Shown here one piece after another: positions 1-12,450 of a stretch of 64,000 nt of DNA. Position 1 is the first letter of the stretch; each line of letters begins with the position of its first letter. The position numbers and the translations under genes are program-made. The stretch is from contig NC_135251.1 in the NCBI RefSeq assembly GCF_964204865.1, positions 11,160,001-11,224,000 on the forward strand. Direction: 5' to 3'. The notes below the pieces were generated by a model that worked only from the letters and a program-made list of their open reading frames with translations, made no database searches and was not told the DNA's origin. The stretch is from Styela clava (lineage: Eukaryota).

Positions 1-86
1 CTTAGCTTTTATGTTAACTCAATTGAAACAGCATAGATACACGCAAAAGCGCTCTTTCAGCTAATATTGCAAATTAAAGAGGAAAC

Positions 87-540
87 CAGCATTTCTTAAC
101 CTGGGGTGAATATACCCCTGGGGATAAATTTCGTTATTTTTAGGGGTAAATCTCGTTATTCTGAAAAAAAGCTTTGGAAAAACAAAAACCGCACCTATTT
201 GCTTGTTTTGGTACGAGAAACATTGTGTTATTGTTAGCTGTTAGGATAACTTGCGAGAAATATGTATTAGCCCATGGCCGATGTATATTAGCCTATTATT
301 GCATCACAATATCGCGACTCTTGCCGAAGGTGGTTCTGGCAAATGTAATCGAGACTGACTGCGGATTGTCGCAAAAGAAAGAAAAGGGAGAGATGGAGAG
401 ATTCGCGTCTAACGTTGGTGCCCTTTATAATTCGCTTGACTTATTTTTAATAAATGATCACAAATGGTAATATTGGGGGCAAATCTAGAAATTTTGTTTG
501 GTAAAGGGGTAAATAATGCAAAAAAGGTTAAGAACCACTG
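87..540. mobile_element. hAT-like MITE (degenerate)
   Basis: Termini CAGCATTTCTTAACCT... and ...AGGTTAAGAACCACTG are inverted. Flanks gaggaaac/gggtaaac match 6/8 as a decayed 8-bp TSD. Related ends occur at ~9165-9206 and ~56790-57108. Confidence 0.6.
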
Positions 541-3500
541 GGGTAAACACTTAGCAAATTCATCGGTAACGAAAAGACAACTGCTAAGCACACCTGTCGC
601 AAACAAAACTTTCATGCAATCAACCACCCCTTTCAGCTGCGAACCGTACTCTTTCGCGTAAACGGCATTTTGTGCAACTCCTTCCACCTAACAAGACAAT
701 GATTGATACATATAGGAATCGATATTAGTTATTACCAACGATTAGCGACGTTTTCATATATTACAACTACGACAATAGGAATGATAACACCAAAGTTTTT
801 TTTTGCGATGGTACACGAAATACTCGGGATGATTTTAAAAAAAAAAAAATACGTGAATTTGAAAATAAAGGAATGATTGTCGCGGAAAGTGGTCGCGAAA
901 TAACCATTTTAAATCCATTTTTATCCAAATCCATTTTATAAATAATTTTAATTCGACCGCATGAACCTGAAATCCTGAAATTATGGCGAAGAGAAGTACG
1001 CATTCTCAGATATCAGACATCCTGTCGCGATATATATTCCTTCATGTGCACAAGTCCCACATGTAGCGCTGGTTAGTCATGCATAACATGTAAAACTTTT
1101 TTTTTCTTTGTTCAAATTGCAATAAAATCAAATTTGTTTTCCGTGCATCATTGCTCTTTTTTTAATAGAAATTGCGCCCCGGGTTTGTGAATTTTGAAAA
1201 CCAACAAACAGAAAATAACTTATTCTAAAACACAATTTAAATTCAGTCGGAAATAAATTGCGCCAAGGATGCCATGCAGAACAAAAAGGATTTAGTCGCG
1301 CGAGAGTTACATTAGATCACTGTAAAACGACGTCAAAGTAGAACAAAGAAATTTAAAAATAAAACAAAACAGGGGTGACGACTAAACGTAACGATAAATA
1401 TCCCACATTTTAAACTACGTACGATTGGCAGCATGTTACTAGCAGTTTCATGCATGACCCGCGTATTAAAAAATGATTATCGAAAATTAAAAGTTGGATT
1501 TGCGCTTCCGAGAGACCATACGTGGTATTTAACACGTACAAGCTATATCCAGAAAAGAAATGACAAGTCACATCCTTCCAATGTACTTTTAATTAGCTCC
1601 TTAGTGATCCCTCCCTTCCTTGACCAAGTAATGTTTCGAAAATGTGAACATTTTACTCAGCCACGCTTGACGGCTGCTGTGTATTAAAGTCATCTTGTCT
1701 TTTGACCACGCAGAAATGCTTTGCCGATGTGAGCGCACGTGTAAACGTCAAATATAGAACTTCGCTCTCCGTCGATCGACAAGAATTCATATTTGAGAAA
1801 AAGAAAAAGTGTGAGAATATAAATTGCAAAATACAGCATATCGCCGCCAAAACGATTGAGATGACAAAAACAATCAGCGATCACAACGAAATTAACCAGA
1901 AAAAGGGCTTTTTTGCCGATTTTTAATGTTTCGACCTACATTTTAGACTCCTGTTGTGTATAAAAAAATATTTGTTATTCGACTATCCGGTATTCATTAA
2001 AAATATCCAATTAAAAAATAAAAATTTGATTTTATTCACCTCTATTCAAATATCAATGAGTTGTAGCTGCGTTCGATCGCAAAATTCCGGGAAACGCCAT
2101 GTGCATTTGCGGTTAAATAAAAAGGCTGTTAATACGACATACGTGTTTTGTGAATTTGCTGATTTTGCAAATCTGTGAGACGCTGCTAAAAGTTACTTCT
2201 AATTCAAAAAATAATGACCATTACTAAACAAAATGTCAGAACCTTCTGAATGGCTCCAAGAAGTTTACTACGAAAAGTACAAAGACCTGTCGAACCAGCA
2301 CTAGAAAATCACGCACTATGGTCACAATTCATCGATGTCATTGGTAGACACATGACCAATCTCGTTCAAAGAAACGCACTGCGTAATATTCCAACATCTG
2401 GTTTCAAAGACACCGCCGAGCGTTTTTACGGAAGTAGGGAATAGGCGGGCTTGTATAGTAATCACACTATAAAAAAAAAAATTTGTCATTAATGCGAAAG
2501 CTTTCTCTCCTGTATGCACAACATAGGTTAGAATTCAAGCAAATATCGTTATGTAATGCAAAATTGGGTTACAAAAGTACTAGTACGCAACTTATTTGTC
2601 AAACTCGCAAGAAAATATTTGCCCCTTTAATATCAAAAAAGGTGCTATTTCGCAGGCCCTAAAAATATAAATTCGCAATTTTCGCAAAAAAAAATTGCGC
2701 TAATACTAAACACTTGTGGATACCTATTTCAAAAAAAAAAAAAATAGAACAAAACTTTTAAGGTATTATCTAATTTCGCAAATTTGCACTGAACGCTGCT
2801 TCAAAAATTAGTTAAAACATCTTTCATTTAATTTTTCTTACAAAAATGAACAAATACTTTCTGTTCGATTAATGTAAAATTGTAATGTAAAATTCTGCGA
2901 TTTTATCTGTAATAAGAGGGCATTGTTTCTTTGAACAAATTATATTATTTCTAAGGTAACCTTTCTGAGTTTATTTTTAGAAAATAATTTTTATTCTCTC
3001 TTATATGTCTATTTTTCAAAAGTACACAGGCTTTCAAAATAGGTTACGGTTTTGTGATATCAGTCTAAACAAGTTTCCTTGTATTATTTCGTTGATAACT
3101 TTATACAGTATTAACATTTAAAAACGTTTCGGACAGGGAGTGCTAATATACATATAGATTATTTGCGGCAAAAGCTATGTTACACAACTTGTCAGATATT
3201 CTCAAATTATCCAATCCCAATTTTTTTGTACGCGGCTTCTAAAATTTCGATAAATATATTTTCAAATTTTTCATTGTACGATGCTTCAATATTTGAAAAC
3301 AACTTTTATTTATATATTTACTCGATGTACCATGTTTGCCTTTTATTGACAAAAATAGAAAATTAGAACAGAGAATATTTAAATTATAAAAGAGAATACT
3401 TCTAACAGTCTCAAGTTAACAACTTTTCACGATTATTGCTATTTTATATTATGCGCTTCTTCAAGGTTGAAAACTGTTTTTTCTACATTCTATTAAAAGC

Positions 3501-4513
3501 GTAAGGTAACTCAAATATATGCATCAACGCCTGAAATCTTTTACAGCGTACAATTTCAATGAAGACTTGCGTTTTAATTAATCATTAATAGTTTCTTGAA
3601 TAGATCTCGAAAAAAAAACGTAACTTCAATGCTTTCATGTCTAGTTAATGATCGGGCGTTAATTTGTAACTGATTATATCCAGATTTAACGTTTTCTTAT
3701 GCACTACCTACTACATACCGCGACATTTTGAAATAACATATATATAAATTATATGTCTAACCTGCATTATTCAAAAATCTCAAATGCTACCGAGTCGCAG
3801 AGTTTAATTTAATATATCAATTTTATATGCTTCGTTAAATTCAAATTCACAGTCAAAAGCTTTCATTACTTACTTGACTCTTTGGATAGGCTACCAAGGT
3901 ATTTTAGGTATTTTCGTAATCTTTTATAAAACTCGGGGGCAAATTATAATTTAATTGTATTGGAAAATGGCGAACGATGAAGTAAAAGAGCGTAAAATGT
4001 GTCACAGCAGAACGGTGGTAAAGATTTTAACCATTTGCAAAGAAGCTATATATCAAACATTTTATTAGTTTCCCAAATTTTTCTAATTTTCATTATTTGC
4101 TACTTTAAAAATGGAAAAATAAAACATTTTTTATTCAAATGAATGATACATTCTTAAGATTACATTTGCTAGTTCCTTTTGAAGTTATAACTATACATAT
4201 TCACATTTTGCACTAGAAGTTAGCTAACAGTAGCAATAAGATATGATCACGTGAAATGACAACATAAAATGTCAATGAAGAATTCTAACAATAGCGAGAT
4301 AAATTTACTCATTCAAATTCATCATGTTTTCATATTGCACCTATTGTCAGATAATGTTTTTCTAAATCTTTACGTAAACTGGTTATGTTTTTTCTTATAT
4401 TGATGTATACATAGCGAATAGTAAAGTATAGAAACGAGAATTGTCTAACCGCAACAGTAAAGATTTGGAACATTTGCGAAATTGCTGAATTTAAAATCTT
4501 TTAAATTTATAAT

Positions 4514-4981
4514 CAGGGATTCCATCGATCTGGAACCCAAAATTAGGAAGACTGGAACTATTTCTGCATTGTGATCAGAAATAGCTAGCTTCTCTATGGC
4601 CTCCAGGGTAATGTCACAATTACAGACGTCAGTGTGCGAAGCACTTCGTTTAACTTCTATTAAAATTCTTTCCCGTACTCATCACGAAAAATGTTGTTAC
4701 GTTTGCTCATTTTTAAATTTAGACTAAAATAACCACCACCACGACAAAACCTAAGGATCGCCACACTAACAACACTTCATGCCTATCCGTGCCTTGCTTC
4801 TTTGTGTTCCAAATAAAATTGTGTTTCTTTTATGATGCCACAATAAAGCTTTAGCGAAAGCTTTCTTTATGGAGTCCAAATAAGACAAAATGAGGATGCG
4901 CAATCCAAAAATAGGAATGAAAGCTAAAAACAAGTCAAAAAAAGGACAAATCTTATAAATAAAGACGGTATGGAATCCCTG
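4514..4981. mobile_element. hAT-like MITE
   Basis: Perfect 12-bp TIR CAGGGATTCCAT / ATGGAATCCCTG. 8-bp TSD tttataat/tttataac. Confidence 0.8.
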
Positions 4982-7044
4982 TTTATAACAAAACTCAAAA
5001 ACATTATTTTTGCAAGTTTATTTATAAAATTTTAAAATAACTTTGTACAGTTTTCGATGCATTGATGAATTGACATATATATACATATAGTATCAACATT
5101 TGACATCGTTTTCAATACAAAATGTCGATGAAGTCTTCGAAAGCTTGCGACAAAGATAGATTTTGAGTTTTGGTTGTACGCTGAATATAAATGGGGATAA
5201 ATTTGTTTAATTAAAAAAAATAATTCTATTTTAAAATAAAATTTGAAGATAATATTTTTTCCTAATTTCTAATAAAATCATGAGATAACTAGAATTTATC
5301 TAGGAACGCTCGAAATCTTTCACAGCATGCAATGACAATGAAGACTGGGAACATTTGCAAAAGAGCTGAAGTTCACAATCTTTTTTCCGAATTTTCGATT
5401 ATTCGTTGAAAAGTATATCAGGTACTTAACTATAGAGCAAAATTCTAAAATACTAAGTTTGCTAATTAATTATAACACATCATAAAAGGTTCCAACTATT
5501 TTTTTGCATGAGTTAATTGACGACTTTGTATATAAAGCATTAACATATAAACTCATTTTTACCATACAATACCAATACAATTGTTTTTTTATTCAAGTTT
5601 GTAAAAAAATTATATATTTTTTTAATTTCTTTAAAATCGTTTAGAATAGAATGACAATACAGACTTGGGTGGACCTTGTATGTAAAAACACTGGATTTAA
5701 AAACTTCACAAATATTTTGATTTAAATTGTACACTTTTTAAGTGTGTAAAATATATATACAATTTTAAATTTTTTTGAATTAATATTTACACTTTCAAGT
5801 TAATCATCATAGGTTAAAACTTCAAAAATCAGATTTAAATATATCTTTTTTATATTTTCCACAAAATAATTGACATCTGAAAACAATTATCAATTTACCA
5901 CTTAGCCTACATAATTTTATGTTAAATATCAGATAAATCTGTAATCTTTCAAAAAACCTAAGTTGAACTGATTAGTTTTAGTTGCATATATAAATAGAAA
6001 CAGTAAAATATGAGACCCAATTCGAGAGATGCTTTTCTGAGGAAGTCTGCCTTTGGTCGGACCAAATGCTACAGAAATACATTTGTGTTAATGTGCAGCA
6101 GGATACGCATACGGATCCACTAGCATACAGGAATAGAGGAAGAATAGGAGTAAGATTTGCGCAACACAAGTAAAGTATGGCACTGTTTTGAAATTCAACA
6201 ATGGCGACAAATTGGAACATCAATCGGCCAAATTTGTGTACTCGCCGGCCAATATATACATTTACCACGTGCGGAACGAAATAATTTCCACCTGCGATTG
6301 CAACCATAAACTTCAAACTATGGTGCATTTGCACCTACTGTTTTTTTTAATATATATATATATTCTATCAAACAATACACTTTTTTCATTTAAATTTAAT
6401 CAATGTTTGAGATGACGTTTCGTTTCTTTGCCATGGTCAAAGCGTTGAAATCGAATTGAAACCAGGTTGCCGTCGTCCAAATGACAATCTGACAAGCGAG
6501 TACGCAATTTATTCTGAGTGTAATGCATTTCAGATAGAGCTGCTCACATTAATATGTGTTTCCGACGTGCACATTGGACGTTTTCACTATGACATAGATG
6601 AGCAGTGGCGCAGCAGGAAAAAAATTTTCGTCCAAGCACGGCCCTCATCACAAATTTCCTTTCGTGCCCGGAAGTTTTCATAATTTTAAAATGCAAAATA
6701 AACTCCACTTATGAGTACAACCAACATCAAGTAAACAACATACCACTAACGCTACTAAATACAAAAGCGCTTTACAGCAGCACTTGTTACCAGTGAAAAA
6801 TATATCCGTGTAGAGACAATAATAAATTTATAACATGTTTTCTGCATTAAAAGTCGGGACATTCGAAGACCACAAAAATTAGTTCCCGGGCTTGCAATTT
6901 CAACCTTTGAATTAGAACGTCAAAATTGGGATGACAATTAACACTATTCTCGAACGCTCGATTTACCAACTAAAACTGAGTGCCATTAGTTTTCTTGGCC
7001 ACTCAGTGGTTACGCTGGCTGACAAACAAGTAGCAAATTTTCTC

Positions 7045-7260
7045 GGTTCCATTACATGAACCCACGTACATCTGAACCCACGACAATTGCACCTGCATAC
7101 TATTCCATCTATGGAAATTTTTTTGTTTCACGGATATTTGAACCCATTCTAACCCTAACTCATGAGTTTTAGCACCCGCATATAGATTGAACCCGCGGAT
7201 ATACACATGGGTTCAAATGTACATAGTTCAAATGTACATGGGTTCGAATGTACGGTCACC
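7045..7260 (-). mobile_element. Mutator (MULE/Phantom)-like MITE, family copy 1
   Basis: Same ~200-bp sequence as 26550-26752 and 63372-63574 in reverse orientation. Ends are built of GAACCC..GTACATTT repeats. 9-bp TSD aattttctc/aattatctc. Confidence 0.8.
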
Positions 7261-7429
7261 AATTATCTCGCAGATCACAACTGCGCGGTCCGACGTCGGT
7301 ACTAGGTCCAGCGGTTGGAAACGCACTGCCTTACACGACTTTTTGAAATATTATATATATGTGTGTGTTTACCCTGCATCTTCGAATATACACAACTTTT
7401 CCTGAGTTAAATATGATATACCAATTTTT

Positions 7430-7862
7430 CGCACTTCAGAATTCTGTGTACCAATACGGAGGTAACTAATTTTGATCGCCTACTTTACATCAAGTTATGG
7501 GCAGGGGATGTATTCTTTTGGTTAATTAACACAACACAGACGGTTCCAAACTCGTAATAAAACTTACCGTAAATAAGAAAAATTGAATTAAAATTATTAA
7601 CTAACATTAACCTCGCACACATACTACGGGAGTACCAATATTTTATACTTAATTAGATTTATATTAAAAAATTCCGAAGATTTCCATTACACACTTGAAC
7701 CTTTACAAACAAAACTTACCGTAAATATGAAAAATTGAATTAAAATTATTAACTAACACTAACCTTGCACACATACTACGGGAGTACCAATATTTTTTAC
7801 CTAATTAGATTTATATTAAAAAATTCCGAAGATTTTCATTACACACTTGGATCTTTACAAAC
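7430..7862. repeat. MITE of the GGCGCTCCAGAAGTGTGTGTACCA family with ~153-bp tandem duplication of its right part
   Basis: 7430-7637 aligns to 55670-55877. 7558-7710 is repeated at 7711-7862. Confidence 0.65.
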
Positions 7863-8371
7863 GAAAAAAGCTTCAATAAGGTTACAGTAAACATATAAAG
7901 TTCATTTTCAAATACGTCGCAGATTTTTCAAAAAATTAAAAACATTCATGATTCTGGCTAATAAATTATTCACTAGTGTTTTATATTTCGCTTTATTCCG
8001 CAAGTGTGCGAATACTCTAAACATTAGTCGTCAGATGTCAGTCTCCGACTTCAAATTGCACAAATTACAAATATTGCCATACTAATGACCTACTCAAAAC
8101 TAAATACAAGTATTTCTATAACAGAACATAACATAGGTACACGCTCCTAAACCAGTCGTTCTTTATTGCATAATTTACCCATTCAGCAAATAAGTTAACA
8201 AGGTCAAGTAAAGGGTTGGTCAAGAAACTGCTTTCAGTGAGAAAAAAACAATCAGATTTAATGCGACGGCTACTTTTGCGTCTGGGCAACCAGATCTTCG
8301 ATGTCTGGTGAAATAACAAAGAACTCGGAGGTATTGGTTTCTAATTTTGGTTGAAATATAGGCTAACCGAT

Positions 8372-9064
8372 AACAAGAGAGCTATGCTGAAATATATAGA
8401 CAAGGCGAAGAAATCGAAGTATTTTATTATCAATTCCCTGGAAATCTTGCGCGGTAACTTACCAGTACCTGTAGGCCTATCAGGTTAACGACAACGGTAC
8501 AGCGACTTTCCAAGCTTATCCAGTAGGAATGTTACAAAACGCGCGCAATTTCTCGCCAAAACATGTAGGCTACGTATCACATCTTCAAGATACCGTTACG
8601 CTTATAAAAACAACTGCTGATTGCCCGCGGAAGTTTATAATTCAGACTCAATGCAGGGCTATAAACTCATTATTGAATTTTTTTACAGTGCAAATATTTC
8701 CTACCGTGTGGAGCTTTTAAAAATAACTTTCAACTTAAACGTGTTACGAATTAATGTTCCTTCTAATGACATCTATCAGATCTTTATTACCACGCGTGTT
8801 TTTCCCAACTTGAAACTTAGCAACTTATTTGAAGCTTATTTAATTAGAACTTCGTTAATTGTTACCCGGAACGAATCACTGTTGAACTAACATTCCTCAC
8901 TCCAACGCTGAATTAGCGACAATCCGCAGGCGTTCTCGATAACCGTTGCCAGAATAGCTTTCTGCAAGAGTCTCTACATTGTGATACAATAATAGGCTAA
9001 TACACATCATCATATCCAATAATAGGCTAAAAATACATATTTCCCGCAAGTTTGCCTATCAATA
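8372..9064 (-). mobile_element. Helentron/DINE-1-like non-autonomous element (older relative of 43502-46091)
   Basis: Starts AACAAGAGAGCTATGCTGAAATATATAGAC, the same terminus as 43502, 44766 and 62867. The far end is uncertain (tttgcctatcaataa near 9051-9064). Confidence 0.5.
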
Positions 9065-9724
9065 ACAAGATGTTGCTCGCATCAAAACATGTAAATATAT
9101 GCGTTTTTTGTTTATTCAAAATCTTTTTTTCGAACTAACGAAATTTACCTCTAAGAATGACAAAACTTAACCCCAGAGAAAATTCACCCCAGGTTAAAAA
9201 CTGCTGGATTAAACAAAATAAAAATTCTACTAAGAATAATAAATATTTTGCTATAAAGTGAAGAAGGGAATACAGATATCATACCGTGTTTCCCGAAAAA
9301 ACCCTAAATGGAGGACGCTTTATTTGGTAGAACCATATTTTCCAGTGCCTGAGATATGCATTACACAATGTACTAAATTCTCTAGGATTAAGTATAGTAT
9401 AAGAAATGATGCATTTTTGTCTTATCACCGTGCAATTGTAATTTAAGCTTGCCTTTAATTATATGAAAGTAATGCACCACGCTTTGCTGCCTCAGTCGGA
9501 TGCCCCCACTTCTGCCATGCGGGCTCGCATACATCGAAACTACCCACTTGCGGGGTTTTCAGGAGCACTGTATTGCTTTTCGTTTATATACTAGCGATTC
9601 ATTCTATTCTAACGTTTGTGGTGAGTTTCAAACAACCGGGCGAAACCTTTTGAAGGTCTGGTAAGCTCTACCAGTAAAGCATCAACCTCGTAGAATTGCC
9701 TTCGCAATGATCTTATGAATAAAT

Positions 9725-12450
9725 TTATTAATTGCTAAAGTTACCACACTTACCGACTGGATTAGCAATACGGTAGCAGTTAGAAAACCTGGTAAATTGA
9801 CGATATGCTTGGACCCAAAAGACCTGAATAAAGCTTTAAGACGTTCTCATTATCCTATTCCAAATATTGAAGATGTTTTACCCGATTTAGCTAATGCAAA
9901 AGCTTTTTCTGTTTTTGATGCCAAAGATGGATTCTGGCAAATCAAGCTTGACGAACAAAGTAGCTATTCAACTACTTTATAACTCCATTTTCTAGATACG
10001 GATGTTTCGAGGCGACCTAATGAAGCTCCGGAAGGTCTCGAAGGTCTCGAAGGTATACGATGTATTGTCGATGATATACTTGCTGCTGGAAATGGGAACA
10101 CATATGGGCAATTCCAAGCAAAAGTTGAATTCCATCAATTTTTTTAAAAGTTTAGTGAAAGTAAATTTTTTGTATTTTTTATATCAAAAGCCATAGAAAT
10201 TTTATTGGACTGCATATATTTCACCGAAAAAGTTGAAATTTCACCCAGGTTTTTGATGGTTTATAAAAAATGGCCTGAAATGTAAAAAGTTTGGTATAAT
10301 TGACATATTTCGTGATGATTCGTGACACAAAGTGTTTGACTGTGTGATACAGTTATTTCATATGAAATAGACGCACTGAATTCAAGTTAATAAATTTTAA
10401 ATAATTGCAGTGCTGTACGACATTTCTTCACCCATTTAACGATTTATTACCTGAATTTTAAAAGATGATAGTGGCCGCTAATGATGATAGAGGCTTGCTA
10501 AATTTCTTCCACACCTATCAGAAATTTGTAAGCCTCTTCGTAGGTTGACGTACAAAAATGTTAAGTGGAAATGGCTGAGAGAACATGATGATGCGTTGGA
10601 AAATATCAAAACGTTAGCAACAACTGCAACAATTTTACTATATTATGACATTTCAAAAGAGGTAACCTGACAATGTGATGCGAGTGAAGTCGCATTAGGG
10701 GCAACTCTGTTACTACAAGAAGGTAAGCCTGTTACTTCTGCCTCGCGCTCATTAACGACTACGGAGCGTCGTTACGCACAAATTGAAAAATGTTTGACAA
10801 TCGTGTTTAGATGCGAACGATTTGATCATTATATTCTTGGTCGAAAAGTGATCACAAAACGATAGATGCTATTTTTTGGAAATCCTTGTAAGCAGCACTC
10901 AAACGATTACAGCGAATGCCGCTTAGACTGCAAATGTACAATTTAGAAGTCCAGTACAAGCCTGGAAGAAAAATGCATATAGCAGATACACTCTCTAGGT
11001 TGTGCACAAATGATAATATACCACAACCCCCAAAAGACGGTTTTGAATTTTTTCAAATTGGCGAAGAATAGTAATTCCTAAGACACTGAGGCCCGAAATG
11101 CCCAAACGCATTCATGAATGTCACATTGAGTCATGCTTGAGAAAGGCCCGATATATAGTATGTTGGCCTCGAATGAGCCAAGAAATCAAAGCATATATTG
11201 GTCAGTGTAGTGTATTTATGGAACCTGCGCGTGACAAGACAATCAACGAGAACCGTGAATAAGCGGTGAAATCCTTAACCAGTCATGGTATAAATAGGAA
11301 TGGATTTATTTACTGTATTTAACAAGGAATATTCAATCACTGTCGATTACTGTTCAGATTTCTGGGAACTCGACGAACTGAATAACGTAACTTCGAGATC
11401 GGTAATCATATGCTGTAAGAAAAATTTCAGCAGACATGGCAAACCAGACACAGTGATCTCCGACTATGATCCACAATTTGCAAATGCTGAATTTCAAAAA
11501 TTTGCTGGAAGTTGGGAATTTATGCATCGAACGTCATCTCCGTTGCATAGCAAGTCGAACGGTAAAGCCGAATCAGCCGTCAAGATAGCAAAGAATCTGA
11601 TTAAAAAGACACGTCGAGACTGTTCAGATGTATAAAAAGCTTTACTCGAATGGATAAATACGCCAACAGATGGTTCTCTATAGTCAAATGCTAATGTCCC
11701 GTCGCACAAGATGTTTTCTTCCAATATTGAAGAAACTGCTCGCGCCGAAAGTTGAGAAAAATGTAAAATCGAAAATTGAGCAGAGACGTGCAAGATCTAA
11801 GAAATATTACAATCGCGAAACAAAACAACTTTCGGAGCTTCACAAAAGACGAAAAGTGCTCGTGAAACTTATTGAAAACGAAGGGAGATGGAGATTGGTA
11901 CATGCACTGAGCAATTGTCTCCAAGGTCATATCGCGTGAATATCGAGGAAAGAGACTACAAGTGGAATAGATGGTTTTTAAAAGACCAACATGCAATTGT
12001 CTCCAAGGTCATATCGCGTGAATACCGAGGAAAGAGACTACAAGTGGAATAGATGGTTTTTAAAAGACCAACATGCGATAACAAGAAGGAAATAAAACAA
12101 GAACCATCTTCGCATGCAGAGTCACAACTAACGTCAAATGTAGCGAACAATTCTGAAACTCCTTGTTCAGATGAAACGAAATCGAGCGAGAGACCGGTAA
12201 CTCCGAATTTCAGAAGACGCAGAACACGAACTAGAATCATTCGTACTCCTGATAGATTCGGGCCGTGAACATTCATGTATTGATACTTTTTATGAAAAGG
12301 GGTAATATACCCTATAGCGCCACCCGTGGTTATCCTTATTGTAACTGTTCTACTGTGCGTGCTTTCTATGTTTACTGTTAATATAAGTTGGTGATGTCGA
12401 GTCATGCTTGACAACCCGTAAAGCTAGATAGAGAACGAAACACCAGGGTT
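9725..12450 (+). pseudogene. Decayed Ty3/Gypsy LTR retrotransposon pol (RT, RNase H, integrase) with PPT and probable 3' LTR
   Basis: RT: TDWISNTVAVRKPGKLTICLDPKDLNKALRRSHYPIP...FDAKDGFWQIKLD and GIRCIVDDIL. RNase H: QCDASEVALGATL...SASRSLTTTERRYAQIEK (~10670-10790). Integrase: DLFT...VDYCS...SD.DPQF...SSPLHSKSNGKAESAVK (11300-11635). Multiple stops and frameshifts, a foreign insert at ~10106-10490, and a purine tract atgaaaaggggtaa at ~12292. Order RT-RH-IN is Gypsy; gag/protease and 5' LTR are missing. Confidence 0.92.
11913..12075 (+). repeat. ~81-bp tandem duplication within the Gypsy integrase tail
   Basis: gcaattgtctccaaggtcatatcgcgtgaata.cgaggaaagagactacaagtggaatagatggtttttaaaagaccaacatgc occurs twice in tandem. 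Confidence 0.9.

Noticed and set aside
1702-2444. Short plus-strand ORFs (74 and 64 aa) as exons
   Set aside because: No recognisable motif and no consistent splice chain could be built.
87-9206. Single 9-kb hAT element bounded by inverted ends at 87 and 9206
   Set aside because: The end at 87 already pairs with a proper right end at 540; 9206 is a second left-end fragment.
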